NCBI GenBank assembly: GCA_025061115.1
Contig: JANZKC010000001.1
Location: 448,001 to 512,000 of the forward strand
Direction: 5' to 3'
Length of the DNA stretch: 64,000 nt
Origin: Candidatus Culexmicrobium cathedralense
GTDB lineage: Archaea; Thermoproteota; Methanomethylicia; Culexarchaeales; Culexmicrobiaceae
Shown here: one piece after another, positions 1 to 10,226 of the stretch
Numbering within the stretch: position 1 is the stretch's first letter
Layout: every line of letters begins with the position of its first letter
Made by a program: the position numbers and the translations under genes
The notes under the pieces: generated by a model
The model's input: only the letters and a program-made list of their open reading frames with translations
Database searches by the model: none
What the model was told of the DNA's origin: nothing

Positions 1-446
1 CGTTATTAAGCGAATCAAAGGGGGAGTTTAAGGCATCCGACAAATCAATTAACTTGATAAGAAAAATATGGAGAATCAAGGCAAAGTTCCTTGAAGCCAT
101 GGACGACGACTTCAACACGCCAGTTGCAGTTTCAGCACTTCACAGCTTAACATCCCTAGTTAATAGGGAAATAATACCATCATCAGACCTAGCTTCAGCT
201 CTAGCTGCAATCAAAGTCTTTGAAGATGCGAGCAGAATACTAGGAGTATTTGAGGAAAGCCTTAGAGGCGAAGGAGAACTTCAGCTAGTTACATCCCTCA
301 TAAACCTAGTTTTAGCAGTTAGGCAAAAGCACAGAGAAAGAAAGGAGTGGGACATAGCAGACTGGATAGCCAGCGAACTAAGAAAATTGGGAATTGAACT
401 TTCAGACATGAAAGACAAAACACTGTGGAGAATAATAGGGAAGTAG
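1..446 (+). CDS. cysS: Cysteinyl-tRNA synthetase, C-terminal part (5'-truncated by window)
   Basis: FLEAMDDDFNTPVAVSAL and R..R..KEWDIADWIASELRKLGIELSD..T.WR match the CysRS DALR/anticodon-binding region; frame is open back to the window start. Confidence 0.9.
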   Translation, partial: LLSESKGEFKASDKSINLIRKIWRIKAKFLEAMDDDFNTPVAVSALHSLTSLVNREIIPSSDLASALAAIKVFEDASRILGVFEESLRGEGELQLVTSLINLVLAVRQKHRERKEWDIADWIASELRKLGIELSDMKDKTLWRIIGK

Positions 447-448
447 AA

Positions 449-883
449 TTAGGCTTCCTCGCTAAATGCTGATATGAATTTTTCATTAACGTAAACGTCA
501 GCGCCGGACAACAAAGCCAAAACTATTGCGCTGCTCGGAACCATAATCCTCCTGATAGTATTCCCATCGATTTTTATTTTAACATTAGCACAGTACACAT
601 AGCCACTCCTATGCTGAAGCACATCATCTATAACCACTTCCTCCACAGAGCCTTTAAGCGCACTTTCTACTGAAGGAATTTCAGCCAAAATTAGTGGCAA
701 CACCATTCTTGGGTCGGAAGTTATATCAACACCATTAGCTAAGCGCTCAATAGCGATAGCAGCATCAATTGGAATTGCACTCATGTCGAAAAACTCGCCA
801 TTCTCCAATTCGCAACGAAGAGAAGGAAGCGGATAGTGCGGGTGGATTAAAACCTTATAACCTACAACTTTAACTTTACCCAA
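449..883 (-). CDS. Bifunctional nuclease (DUF151)-like protein, divergent
   Basis: EEVVIDD...YCANVKI...PSSAIVLAL..GADVYVNE resembles the DUF151 pattern. Confidence 0.6.
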   Translation of the reverse strand: MGKVKVVGYKVLIHPHYPLPSLRCELENGEFFDMSAIPIDAAIAIERLANGVDITSDPRMVLPLILAEIPSVESALKGSVEEVVIDDVLQHRSGYVYCANVKIKIDGNTIRRIMVPSSAIVLALLSGADVYVNEKFISAFSEEA

Positions 884-918
884 AGATACCCCTCAAATTA
901 ACTTTAAAACCACGATAT

Positions 919-1881
919 TTAAGTGTGCCCACCGCATTCAACAGCCTCATAAACTGAAGCCAGTAGAAGAGGAAGAATTATCGTGGCATCCCCATAAACC
1001 GTCACTCGCTTAGCTTCAGGCTTAACTTTACCCCAACTTATGGCTTCCTTAACTCTAGCACCGCTCAAGCTGCCATCATACTCAAGTGCAGTAGTTATGT
1101 ATATAGCATATTCAAGCCCACCCTTAAATTGATTCCACCAAATAGTATGATGCTTAGATATTCCACCTCCAATCACCAAAGCACCGGTCCTAACAGCGTC
1201 AAACACTATATCGGAAAGCTCCTTCATGTCGGCTAGAGGATCTAAGGAAAAACTCTTAGACTGAGAGTACATGAACAGTTGCGTTCCAAAGGAGGAGTCA
1301 AGTATGCCTGGGACGTAAACCGGCACATTCCTAAGGTATGCTTGCCTAAGAAACGAATTCTCATCATCAATTCTCCTTCCAAATTCTGCAAGAAGCTCTC
1401 TAACGCCCCACACGTGCTTTTCCTTTACAAGCTCATCAAGAATTTTCCAAGTAACAGACTCAATAACGGCACCATAAGACTCGAGCGGAACGAGCACGTT
1501 TCCAAGCCTATGAACGCTCAGCTTGCTGAGCATGACGTCATCCAAGTCGAAGCTCCCATGATAGTACTTCCCTCCAAAGCTTCGGGCAATATCGTGGTCA
1601 ATTGCACCGCCAGTAGTTATTATCACATCAACATACCCTCTCGAAATTAGATCAGCAATTACGCCGCGAAGGCCTGTTGCAATGAGGTTACCAGTAAATG
1701 ACAGAAAGACTGTGCAATCATCATCCATGAACATGGAGCACGCAATTTTATGCGCTTCCGCAAGGTGTTTAGCCGTGAAGCCGCCCATCAAATCGTAAAC
1801 TTGAATCAGCTGCAAAGCGCTCATCTTACTACTCAACTTTACATCCTTAACTTCTACTTTCAACAAATCCTGCAAATTCAA
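919..1881 (-). CDS. dys: Deoxyhypusine synthase
   Basis: FLSFTGNLIATGLRG, TTGGAIDHD, GGGISKHH, DGSLSGARVKEAISWGK motifs. Confidence 0.95.
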   Translation of the reverse strand: MNLQDLLKVEVKDVKLSSKMSALQLIQVYDLMGGFTAKHLAEAHKIACSMFMDDDCTVFLSFTGNLIATGLRGVIADLISRGYVDVIITTGGAIDHDIARSFGGKYYHGSFDLDDVMLSKLSVHRLGNVLVPLESYGAVIESVTWKILDELVKEKHVWGVRELLAEFGRRIDDENSFLRQAYLRNVPVYVPGILDSSFGTQLFMYSQSKSFSLDPLADMKELSDIVFDAVRTGALVIGGGISKHHTIWWNQFKGGLEYAIYITTALEYDGSLSGARVKEAISWGKVKPEAKRVTVYGDATIILPLLLASVYEAVECGGHT

Positions 1882-1891
1882 GGTTAACCCC

Positions 1892-2134
1892 TCAACTTAG
1901 AGGCAAACCCCTACAATAAACCTTTCCACTAACTCTTCTCACAAAATTCTTACAGGAAAAGCAAACTAGAAATGGAGTTAACTTTCCGGTAACCGGGCAA
2001 TTAACTGCATCCAACTTCATCCTCCTAATCAACTTCCTCCCCAATGCACCTTTAATTTGCTCAACAACTTCCCTAGGAACCCTCATGGGCTTTTCCAGCG
2101 TCATCACATCAACCAAGTACTTGTAATCGCTCAT
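1892..2134 (-). CDS. Small Cys-rich hypothetical protein (probable metal binding)
   Basis: 80 aa, CP...CFSC...C, GGTGG RBS-like sequence upstream, co-oriented with dys. Confidence 0.65.
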   Translation of the reverse strand: MSDYKYLVDVMTLEKPMRVPREVVEQIKGALGRKLIRRMKLDAVNCPVTGKLTPFLVCFSCKNFVRRVSGKVYCRGLPLS

Positions 2135-2231
2135 CCAACCACCAAAGCATCCATATTATGCCAGCGCAGATATTAACGTTTGCCAGAGAGCATTTTAAGT
2201 AGCCTTTCACTACTAACATAGGTGAGGAGCC

Positions 2232-2588
2232 TTGAGCAAGCGCATATCCCCCATAGACGTCGCATCGAAAGATTACAACGCATCCAAAAGCTACGCAATA
2301 TACCTATATGTGGAGGGCATAGGAATAGCACTTGAAGCAGCTAAAAAAGCTAAGGAAAAGTATAGCTTAAGCGAGCACGAGTACTTCACAGTCTTCGAAA
2401 AACTACTGGACAAGGTTCTAGGTCCCCTAAAATACGTACTTCAAGAATTTGAATACCTTCCGGAAGATGTCAAGAACTTATTTAGAACCGCCGAAGAGAG
2501 GAAAATAGAGGAAGAGCTATCTAGGCTTGTAAGTGAAAGAATAGCGAAGATGATCGAGGAAGCTGAAAGGCTTGGAAAAGAAAAATGA
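2232..2588 (+). CDS. Hypothetical helical protein
   Basis: 118 aa ORF, GGTGAGG RBS before TTG, overlaps the start of the UDG gene. Confidence 0.6.
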   Translation: MSKRISPIDVASKDYNASKSYAIYLYVEGIGIALEAAKKAKEKYSLSEHEYFTVFEKLLDKVLGPLKYVLQEFEYLPEDVKNLFRTAEERKIEEELSRLVSERIAKMIEEAERLGKEK

Positions 2589-3216
2589 AAGCCCGGAACA
2601 ACAAATGGAAAAAGTAGTAGAGGAAATTATGAAGTGCAGAAAGTGCACTCTCTGGAAAACTAGAAAGAACCCAGTGCCAGGCGAAGGAAACATCAAAGCT
2701 GAAGTAATGTTCATAGGAGAAGCGCCAGGCAAAAGCGAAGACGAGCAAGGGAGACCATTTGTAGGCGCTGCAGGAAAACTTCTAACAAGACTAATTGAAA
2801 GCATAGGCTTGAAAAGAGAAGATGTCTATATAGCAAACATCCTAAAGTGTAGGCCACCCCAAAATAGAGATCCACTGCCAGAGGAAATAGAGAAGTGTAC
2901 GCCATATCTCGATAGGCAGATCCAAATAATTAAGCCCAAGATAATAGTCACGCTCGGAAGACACTCGACAAGCTACATACTAGGGAAATTAAAGGTAAGC
3001 GTCCCAGGAATAATGAAAATCAGGGGAAAAACCTACAGCGGAACAATACTTGGATTGAAAGTCATAATCCTCCCAACCCTACACCCTGCAGCAGCCCTCT
3101 ACAACCCAAAAATGAGAAGCCTAATAGAAGCTGACTTCAAAAATCTAAAAAGAATCCTAGAAGGAAACCTTAAACAAGTAGATTTACTCAAGTTCCTATC
3201 CTCCAAAGCGCAATAA
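2572..3216 (+). CDS. udg: Uracil-DNA glycosylase family 4 (4Fe-4S)
   Basis: CRKC, GEAPG..ED..GRPFVGAAG, KCRPPQNRDP, HPAAALY; C-terminal PIP-like QVDLLKFL. Confidence 0.95.
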   Translation: MEKKNESPEQQMEKVVEEIMKCRKCTLWKTRKNPVPGEGNIKAEVMFIGEAPGKSEDEQGRPFVGAAGKLLTRLIESIGLKREDVYIANILKCRPPQNRDPLPEEIEKCTPYLDRQIQIIKPKIIVTLGRHSTSYILGKLKVSVPGIMKIRGKTYSGTILGLKVIILPTLHPAAALYNPKMRSLIEADFKNLKRILEGNLKQVDLLKFLSSKAQ

Positions 3217-3270
3217 AGTGCCAAAGCCAGTGGATTTATCTACCAATCATAAGCCGTAAATAAGGGGTAC

Positions 3271-4956
3271 ATGCCAAAAATCCAGAGCAAAATTTCCATT
3301 AAAGACCTCATCACACTTACACTTCTATTCACAATCATGACAATCATACTAGCTAAAAAGACAGCAACAAATCCGGAGAAACTTGCAACTTTTCAAACTG
3401 CAATTAAAAGCATCTCAAATCCAAGTATCCTAGCGATGTTGACGCTAATCACACTAACTTTAACGGCATACTCACTGAAAAACGCGCTTTTCACCAAAGA
3501 CAAAATCCTCATAGGCTTCAACGGACCCCTTCCAGCATACATAGACCTATCAACACCCAGACACGTAGTCATATTTGGAATGACAGGAAGCGGAAAAACG
3601 GAAACTGCAAAGCGAATAGCGCTTAACTCTAAGAAGAAAAAATTAATAATCGACTGGGCGGGAGAATATCAACACGGCTTAACAGCAACCCCCAAACTTC
3701 TAACCTTAAACCTAAAACCACACGAAATCGTAGACTCAATTGCAAGCGCATTCCACCTCTCAATGCCCCAACAAGCAGTCCTCTACGAAGCATCCAAAGA
3801 AGCTAAAAACCTATCAGACATCATCAAGAAAATAAGGGAAATAAAGCCTGCAACCGAAACACAACGAGAAATAAGAGATGCAATATTGAGAAGGCTACTG
3901 CCACTTGAAAGCATGAAACTATTTAGTGGAGAATTAAATCTAAGTGAAATCGACACTCTCGACCTATCATCATTAACGTATGAAGCAAAAAAGCTAGTGG
4001 CAAACATCGTGCTAAGAATGTTCTACAACTCACCTGAGCCACGAGTTCTCGTAGTAGAGGAAGCGCAAAACATCATTCCAAGGCAGCCCCCCGGAAATCC
4101 CCCAACCTCAGCAGAGCTAATAATCAATGAGCTGAGAAAGAGGGGAGTTAGCGTCATACTTGTAGCTCAAACTCCAAGCCAGATATCTTTGGCGTTTAGA
4201 AACGCGGACTACATAATCATGCACAGATTACAGCTAACCCCATCCGAAGCTCAAGTTCTAGGAATAAGTAAGGATGAAGCTGAAAGGCTAGCTCAACTTG
4301 AAACGGGGCACTGCCTAATAATAGAAAGAGGAAGAAAAAGGTGGATTAAAATACTAATAGCCAAAAAGCGAAAATCAAGCCCAATCAACATAAAAACAAA
4401 ATCACAAATCAGCATGACAGTTAAAGAACCATTAAAAAATCGAGAATCCAACAGTGATCGCGAAAGTAAGAAAGAAATAATCGACGAGCTAATAGAGGAT
4501 TTAACATCCATATTGAAGTGGAAAAGAGAAGCATCAACTAAAATTGAGAAGCTGGAGGAAATAGTCAGTAAGCTAACCCAAGACATCCAAGAACTAAGCG
4601 AAGCCTGGGAAGCTGCCAAACACGCTGAAATAGCCTCAAACCCCACATACATAAGCAACTTCATTAAAAGAACTAGCGAAAAACTCGCCCAACTATCAGT
4701 AGCAATAGCCGTACTAAGAAGAAGGTACGCTGAACTTCAGAAAAAACAGGAAGAAGAAAGGGGCAATGAAAGCGCTTACATCAAAGAAATTGAGAAAAAA
4801 ATCTCTCTATTAAATGAAAAGGTTGAATATCTTGAAAATGCAGCTAAGAGGCATGGCAGAGCCATACTAGAAGTGCGTAAGAAGCTTTCAACCCTACACT
4901 ACAAGCTCATAGACTTTGAGCGATGGATCAAGGAGGAACTTAGCACCATTGCCTAG
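3271..4956 (+). CDS. Membrane-anchored HerA/FtsK/VirB4-family (DUF87-like) ATPase with C-terminal coiled coil
   Basis: Two N-terminal hydrophobic segments; HVVIFGMTGSGKT Walker A; IIDWAGEY; VLVVEEAQN Walker B; ELRKRGVSVILVAQ Arg-finger/Gln sensor; ~150 aa heptad-rich tail. Confidence 0.8.
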   Translation: MPKIQSKISIKDLITLTLLFTIMTIILAKKTATNPEKLATFQTAIKSISNPSILAMLTLITLTLTAYSLKNALFTKDKILIGFNGPLPAYIDLSTPRHVVIFGMTGSGKTETAKRIALNSKKKKLIIDWAGEYQHGLTATPKLLTLNLKPHEIVDSIASAFHLSMPQQAVLYEASKEAKNLSDIIKKIREIKPATETQREIRDAILRRLLPLESMKLFSGELNLSEIDTLDLSSLTYEAKKLVANIVLRMFYNSPEPRVLVVEEAQNIIPRQPPGNPPTSAELIINELRKRGVSVILVAQTPSQISLAFRNADYIIMHRLQLTPSEAQVLGISKDEAERLAQLETGHCLIIERGRKRWIKILIAKKRKSSPINIKTKSQISMTVKEPLKNRESNSDRESKKEIIDELIEDLTSILKWKREASTKIEKLEEIVSKLTQDIQELSEAWEAAKHAEIASNPTYISNFIKRTSEKLAQLSVAIAVLRRRYAELQKKQEEERGNESAYIKEIEKKISLLNEKVEYLENAAKRHGRAILEVRKKLSTLHYKLIDFERWIKEELSTIA

Positions 4957-6766
4957 CAACTTCAAGTACTTTCCATACGAGAAATTAAGATATAATCAGG
5001 CAGAACTCATAAGATCAGCAAAGGAAGCAATAATCAACAAAAAGCACTTAATTGTTAGAGCACCTGCTGGATTTGGAAAAACGCCATGCATATTAGCCGC
5101 AGCCCTCCAAGCAGCTGAAAAATTAAATCTAAAAATAATGTGGATATGCAGAACACATAGAGAGTCGGATAGAGTCATAGATGAAGTAAAGAAAATCAGC
5201 ACCAAACATACTTGGATAAGCGGCTTAAGCATTAGAGCAAGATCAGAAATGTGCCTACTGCCAATCGACAGCGAAATTAGAAGAGAAGTTGAAGCGTTCT
5301 CAATAATGTGCTCAGAGTTGAAGAAGGCCGGCAAATGCCCATATTACAACGAAACCAAGAAAAAAGTTAAAGTTTATTTGCCTAAAGTCACATCAGCCTC
5401 AGAAATAATCGAAATATGCAGCAAACACAGCACATGCCCATATGAAATGGCGAGAAGACAACTGCCAAAGTCCACCATCATAGCACTAAACTACCTATAC
5501 GCACTTAAGCCAGAAATATTCAACAAACTCCAATTAAATGGAAGTAGCTACATTCTAATAATTGACGAAGCCCACAACCTACCTGAAATTGCAACACAAA
5601 TACTCAGCGAAAAAATAACTGCAAACAGCTTAAGGCAAACAGTAGCAGAGGCCGAAAAACACGGCGCGGAACTAGCCATTAACATAGGCACTCAACTACT
5701 CAAATTCATCGAGAAAGCAACAGAAGAAAAAATTATCAGTAAAAAGCAGCTCACAAACCTAATCAAAAAATCCGTCCAAATGGAATTGAGCGACATAGCA
5801 AATGCACTCTTAATAAAGGGACTGGAAATAAGAAGAAAACTTGCCCTCAAAGGCAAACTGCCAAGATCACATATACATCACTTAGGAAAGTTCATAGCAC
5901 TACTCCAAACCTCACTCAAAAAGCCGGAACATACAATCATACTTCGAAGTGGCGAGCTGGAGCTAGTATGCTTCGACCCGAGAAGACTAACACGAAAACT
6001 ATATAAAAAATTCCACTCAACCATCAGCCTATCCGGAACTATAAACGCAGATTATGGTGAAATCGTTGGAATTAAAAGCTCAAAGTACATGGAGCTCTCC
6101 TTCAACTACAGCTCGGATCAAGTGCTGCCAATAGTAGCGACCAACGTCACAAGCGACTACGACATGAGAAGCCCAACAATGTATAGGAAAATGGCAGAAT
6201 ACATCATTGTCACAGCAGAGGTAGTTAACAGCGGCATAGGCGTATTCACAGCCTCCTATGAAGTTTTAAATGGATTAATCAATGCAGGAGTAATCAACAT
6301 CAAAAAACCAATGTTCATTGAAAGAGAAGGGCTCCCCTCAAGAATGAGTGAGCACCAAATAAGGCAATTCAAGGAAAAGGCAAAACGAGGAGGAGCAATA
6401 TACTTGGGAGTATGCGGTGGAAGAGCAAGTGAAGGAGAAGACTTTCCAGGAAGCGAAATGGACGTGGTAATTCTTGCAGGCATACCATTTCCAGAACCAA
6501 CCTTAACCTTAAAAGCAAAGGTAGAATACTACGAAAAGCGCTTCCCACGTAAAGCCAGGCTTTACAGCTACATCCTACCATCACTATGGAAAGCCGCTCA
6601 AGCAGCTGGCAGAGTAATGCGTGGACCAGACGATAGAGGAGCCATAATATACTTAGATAAACGCTACTTGAAGTACGGAAATCTAATGCCAACATGGATG
6701 AGGCCGCGAAAAACAATAAAAGAAGCAGCAGAACTCAAGGAAGAACTATGCCTTTTCTTCGCTTAG
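4916..6766 (+). CDS. xpd: XPD/Rad3/DinG-family Fe-S DNA helicase
   Basis: APAGFGKT, four Fe-S cysteines, IIDEAHN, LSGT, SEGEDFPG, QAAGRVMRG. Confidence 0.9.
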   Translation: MSDGSRRNLAPLPSNFKYFPYEKLRYNQAELIRSAKEAIINKKHLIVRAPAGFGKTPCILAAALQAAEKLNLKIMWICRTHRESDRVIDEVKKISTKHTWISGLSIRARSEMCLLPIDSEIRREVEAFSIMCSELKKAGKCPYYNETKKKVKVYLPKVTSASEIIEICSKHSTCPYEMARRQLPKSTIIALNYLYALKPEIFNKLQLNGSSYILIIDEAHNLPEIATQILSEKITANSLRQTVAEAEKHGAELAINIGTQLLKFIEKATEEKIISKKQLTNLIKKSVQMELSDIANALLIKGLEIRRKLALKGKLPRSHIHHLGKFIALLQTSLKKPEHTIILRSGELELVCFDPRRLTRKLYKKFHSTISLSGTINADYGEIVGIKSSKYMELSFNYSSDQVLPIVATNVTSDYDMRSPTMYRKMAEYIIVTAEVVNSGIGVFTASYEVLNGLINAGVINIKKPMFIEREGLPSRMSEHQIRQFKEKAKRGGAIYLGVCGGRASEGEDFPGSEMDVVILAGIPFPEPTLTLKAKVEYYEKRFPRKARLYSYILPSLWKAAQAAGRVMRGPDDRGAIIYLDKRYLKYGNLMPTWMRPRKTIKEAAELKEELCLFFA

Positions 6767-6803
6767 CAAAGCTTTAAAATTTAATCACGTCAAAACTAAT
6801 ACT

Positions 6804-7187
6804 GTGATAGAAGAGCTTGAGGAATACTTACTAGACATCGAATTGCCAGGAAACCAATCAGCTAAAATCAAACTTATAAGAATACTTGCTCCAATAACAA
6901 TACAACAAATAGTTAAAAGACTCCCAATATCAACAAGAATAGTCAAGTTTGGAAAGCAACTCCTAATAAATCTCCCCCTAAAAGTAAAAATCGACAAAAC
7001 CTCCAAAAACGTCAAAGCGGGAGACGTAGCATACTGGCCAATAAGTCAAGCCCTATGCATATATTTGGAGGAAACTAAAATTCCCAGCCCAGTAATAATC
7101 GTAGGTAAAGTTGTTGAAGGAATGGAAATCCTCAAACAAATTCCAAGCGGAGCTGGAGTAACTCTCAAGAAGGGTAGAGCAGCATGA
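6804..7187 (+). CDS. Cyclophilin-like fold protein (TM1367/DUF369-like)
   Basis: APITIQQIVKRLPI...VKAGDVAYWP..ALCIY...PVIIVGKV. Confidence 0.7.
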   Translation: MIEELEEYLLDIELPGNQSAKIKLIRILAPITIQQIVKRLPISTRIVKFGKQLLINLPLKVKIDKTSKNVKAGDVAYWPISQALCIYLEETKIPSPVIIVGKVVEGMEILKQIPSGAGVTLKKGRAA

Positions 7188-7999
7188 AAGCCTACTTAGC
7201 TGGATTTAAAGAGCTAAGCCTCGTAGACTACCCGAACAAGCCCTCCTGCGTTTTCTGGCTTGCAGGATGCAACTTTAGATGCCCATACTGCTACAATCAC
7301 TCCATGTGGAACATGAATAGTGGACAGCTAATTGAAATTAGCCAACTAAAAAGGCTAATGAAAAAAGCTTCAATAGTTTCGGAAGCATGCAAAGTCACAG
7401 GAGGAGAACCCACGCTTCAACCTGAAGTTCTAATAGAACTCGGATTGGAAGCCCACAAAATAGGCATGGAATTCGGAATAGATTCCAACGGCTCAAATCC
7501 AAGCGTAATCATAGACCTAATAAGCAAATATAACTGCCTAGACGCCATCGCCATAGACATCAAGGCGCCACTAAATCCAAAAGACTACAGCAAAGCAACT
7601 GGAATAAGCATTAGCAGCCAGCAAATCAACAAAATAAAGACATCACTTAAAGAGGCATTGAAATCTGAGATAAAACTCGAAATAAGAATTCCACTCATTC
7701 CATCAGTTAACGACTGCCCTGAAGCCCTTCAAAAAATAGCTTCTACACTTCTCGAGCTCGGCTACCTAGACAGGTGCAACAATAATGAAGCCTCAATAAT
7801 TATTGCAGAAGTAATAACAGATGAAAGTGCGGATCAAACATTAAAGAACGCAGAAAAATTGAGCCCACAAGAGCTAGTTAAGCTAGCCTCATCAATGAAG
7901 CTGCCAAACATATTCGTTAGGCATAGAAAATTAGGGGTAAAAGTACCCATTAGCCAAGCAATTAAAATTCTGAAATTGGAGTCCGATATCTATCCATGA
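7184..7999 (+). CDS. nrdG: Anaerobic ribonucleoside-triphosphate reductase activating enzyme (radical SAM)
   Basis: SLVDYP..S..F..GCNFRCPYCYN, TGGEPTLQ, IDSNGS, AIDIKAP; adjacent to nrdD. Confidence 0.85.
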   Translation: MKAYLAGFKELSLVDYPNKPSCVFWLAGCNFRCPYCYNHSMWNMNSGQLIEISQLKRLMKKASIVSEACKVTGGEPTLQPEVLIELGLEAHKIGMEFGIDSNGSNPSVIIDLISKYNCLDAIAIDIKAPLNPKDYSKATGISISSQQINKIKTSLKEALKSEIKLEIRIPLIPSVNDCPEALQKIASTLLELGYLDRCNNNEASIIIAEVITDESADQTLKNAEKLSPQELVKLASSMKLPNIFVRHRKLGVKVPISQAIKILKLESDIYP

Positions 8000-10226
8000 G
8001 CTCTCGCTTCTTAGCCTCATTCCAACCACTAACATCCTGATAGTAGCCAGTAACCCTACTCCACCATCGCACGTCATTGGAGCCGCAACTTGGGCACTCC
8101 TCATGAAGCATCGGGGAAACTCTTCCACACGAATTGCACACCGTCAAGTCCTTAGTGTAAGCGAAGTAGCCAACCTGCGTTTTCGTAGCAATTTTTTGCG
8201 TAACTCTAAGTAGCGCGTGAGGATCCGGATAAGCCTCGCCAAGCCAAATATGGAAAATATTTCCTCCAGATAGCAATGGGAAGAACTTGTGTTCAATTAA
8301 TAGCCGCCTACTTAACGGGATTTTAGCACCAACATAAACATGAGTGCCATTACTGTAATAGACTGGGACATCCCTCTCACCTTCAGCCAGCATTTTCCTA
8401 GCTAAATTGACATCCCCCTTAACAGTTGCTCTAGCCATAGAGCCAAACTCCCTAGACATGAGATCGCATACAGCTAGCCTCTGAGCACAGCTTTCTGCAG
8501 GCGTTCTAGCTAAAGCTAATTTAATGCCGTGCTTAGCCTCAAGCTCCCTCCTATACTTCTGCATGTAAAGTAGAACCTTAACAAGCAACTTGACAGCTTC
8601 GTCCGATTCATGCAGCTGATAGCCAGTATGCCACTGAGCCATCTCGTTTCCACCAACAAGCCCTATAACGAATACCAGCTCATTGAAATCAACTGCAGGG
8701 GGACCTCTCTCACCAGTTCTTGGATCCCTAGGCCTCTGAGTAGCAAATGGCAGCCTACCGTTTTTAATCATCAGATCCATCCAGTGCATTTTACACTTAA
8801 ACACCTCTACAGCCAAGTCCATTAACCTAAAGATCTCCTCTATTAGCTTATCATCATCGCCTCTAGCCTTATAGGCAGCCCTGGGAAGGTTGAGTGTTAC
8901 AACTTGCCAAGCACCCATGCTAAAGTGCTTTCCATTAACGAAGTACATTTTATCGTAAAACTCAGGGTCGCTATCAGGCGTCTCAGTAAAGGCGTAAGCG
9001 CAGCACTGATAGCAAGAAACGCCTTTGCCATAACCGCGATACGGAGGAATAGCATTATCAAAGTATGGGGTGCCAAACTTGGCAACAACCTTGTGAACTG
9101 CAAGCCACTCTTCATAGTACTCGTCATTAAAGAACTCGGGTGTAATGTAGGTCTCTAGCTTCGGAAAGTTAAAAGGCTTCCCCCAATAGTCACCTTCAAG
9201 AGCAACTTCATAAATTGCTCTAAAGAATAGACGAGCTTCATCTTCATAATCCCCATACGTATCTGGCCCCACTTGCCCCCTCAAAACTACAGGCTTATCC
9301 CTCCAAACCTTCGGTATGCCTGGAGAAAGTTGAATATTGGAGAAAACTAGTTGCCCTCCTCGAGCAACATAGCATTGAGTTAATTCGTAAAACATCATTT
9401 GCGCTAACTGCTTAATTTGCCGGTAACTTAAACCCCTCATAAACGGAGCTAAAAACACGTTGTAGTTGTAAAAGCCTTGTCCGCCAGCAAAGTTTGTTTG
9501 CGCAGCAGCCAAAACCTTAACTGAATGTAGAATGGCTACTTCAGGGTGCTTGGCGGGTCCAGCCACGCTAGTCTTAAATCCAGTTCCATCAGGCATCAAC
9601 CCATAATATAGGTAGTATCGCAGGTCGTGATCCTGACAGAACGGTCTAGTTCCGAAATACTCCAAATCATGTATGTGAATCTCGCCCTTCAAATGGGCGT
9701 CAGCCACGTGCATTGGAAGAAGTAGAAGATATTGCTCCTTAGAAAGCTTGTCAGCCTTCTTCTTATGCGAAGTCTCTGGATTAGGCTGTAAGTTAGCATT
9801 CTCCTTAGCTTCGAATCCTAATCCAATATCAATCAAGTACGAGTCATATACTGGCGTTCCAACCCTCGTTAGGACATTTCTATAAACAATGTACTGGGGC
9901 TTATCGGTGGACCATTCAAGCAAAATGTTGTTAACCACTTCACGTATTAATGGTGCACTTACAAAACGCGCATTCATGCTAAGTATTCTGCGCTCAGCCT
10001 CAAGCGCAATTGCCTCAGCCTCCTCTCTGGATATTGGAGGAATGTCAAAGAACTTCTCTGCCAACCGAGTTTCCTTTAGAAGCTGCTTGACGATCTTACT
10101 TCTATCCCAAGGCTCAAAAAAGCCGCTACTTGTTCTAACCATAATTCCATTTGGGGAAGCCGCTTTAACGGATTTTAACCAACCATTATACCTTTCAAGC
10201 CACTCAAGCTTACCCATAAATCTCAA
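7962..10226 (-). CDS. nrdD: Class III (anaerobic) ribonucleoside-triphosphate reductase
   Basis: N-terminal ATP cone, AHLKGEIHIHDL, GGQG, FNFPK, YQCC, TPAES, YYSNGTH, CNSC/CPSC Zn site, SRVTGYY glycyl-radical loop. Confidence 0.95.
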   Translation of the reverse strand: MRFMGKLEWLERYNGWLKSVKAASPNGIMVRTSSGFFEPWDRSKIVKQLLKETRLAEKFFDIPPISREEAEAIALEAERRILSMNARFVSAPLIREVVNNILLEWSTDKPQYIVYRNVLTRVGTPVYDSYLIDIGLGFEAKENANLQPNPETSHKKKADKLSKEQYLLLLPMHVADAHLKGEIHIHDLEYFGTRPFCQDHDLRYYLYYGLMPDGTGFKTSVAGPAKHPEVAILHSVKVLAAAQTNFAGGQGFYNYNVFLAPFMRGLSYRQIKQLAQMMFYELTQCYVARGGQLVFSNIQLSPGIPKVWRDKPVVLRGQVGPDTYGDYEDEARLFFRAIYEVALEGDYWGKPFNFPKLETYITPEFFNDEYYEEWLAVHKVVAKFGTPYFDNAIPPYRGYGKGVSCYQCCAYAFTETPDSDPEFYDKMYFVNGKHFSMGAWQVVTLNLPRAAYKARGDDDKLIEEIFRLMDLAVEVFKCKMHWMDLMIKNGRLPFATQRPRDPRTGERGPPAVDFNELVFVIGLVGGNEMAQWHTGYQLHESDEAVKLLVKVLLYMQKYRRELEAKHGIKLALARTPAESCAQRLAVCDLMSREFGSMARATVKGDVNLARKMLAEGERDVPVYYSNGTHVYVGAKIPLSRRLLIEHKFFPLLSGGNIFHIWLGEAYPDPHALLRVTQKIATKTQVGYFAYTKDLTVCNSCGRVSPMLHEECPSCGSNDVRWWSRVTGYYQDVSGWNEAKKRELMDRYRTPISEF

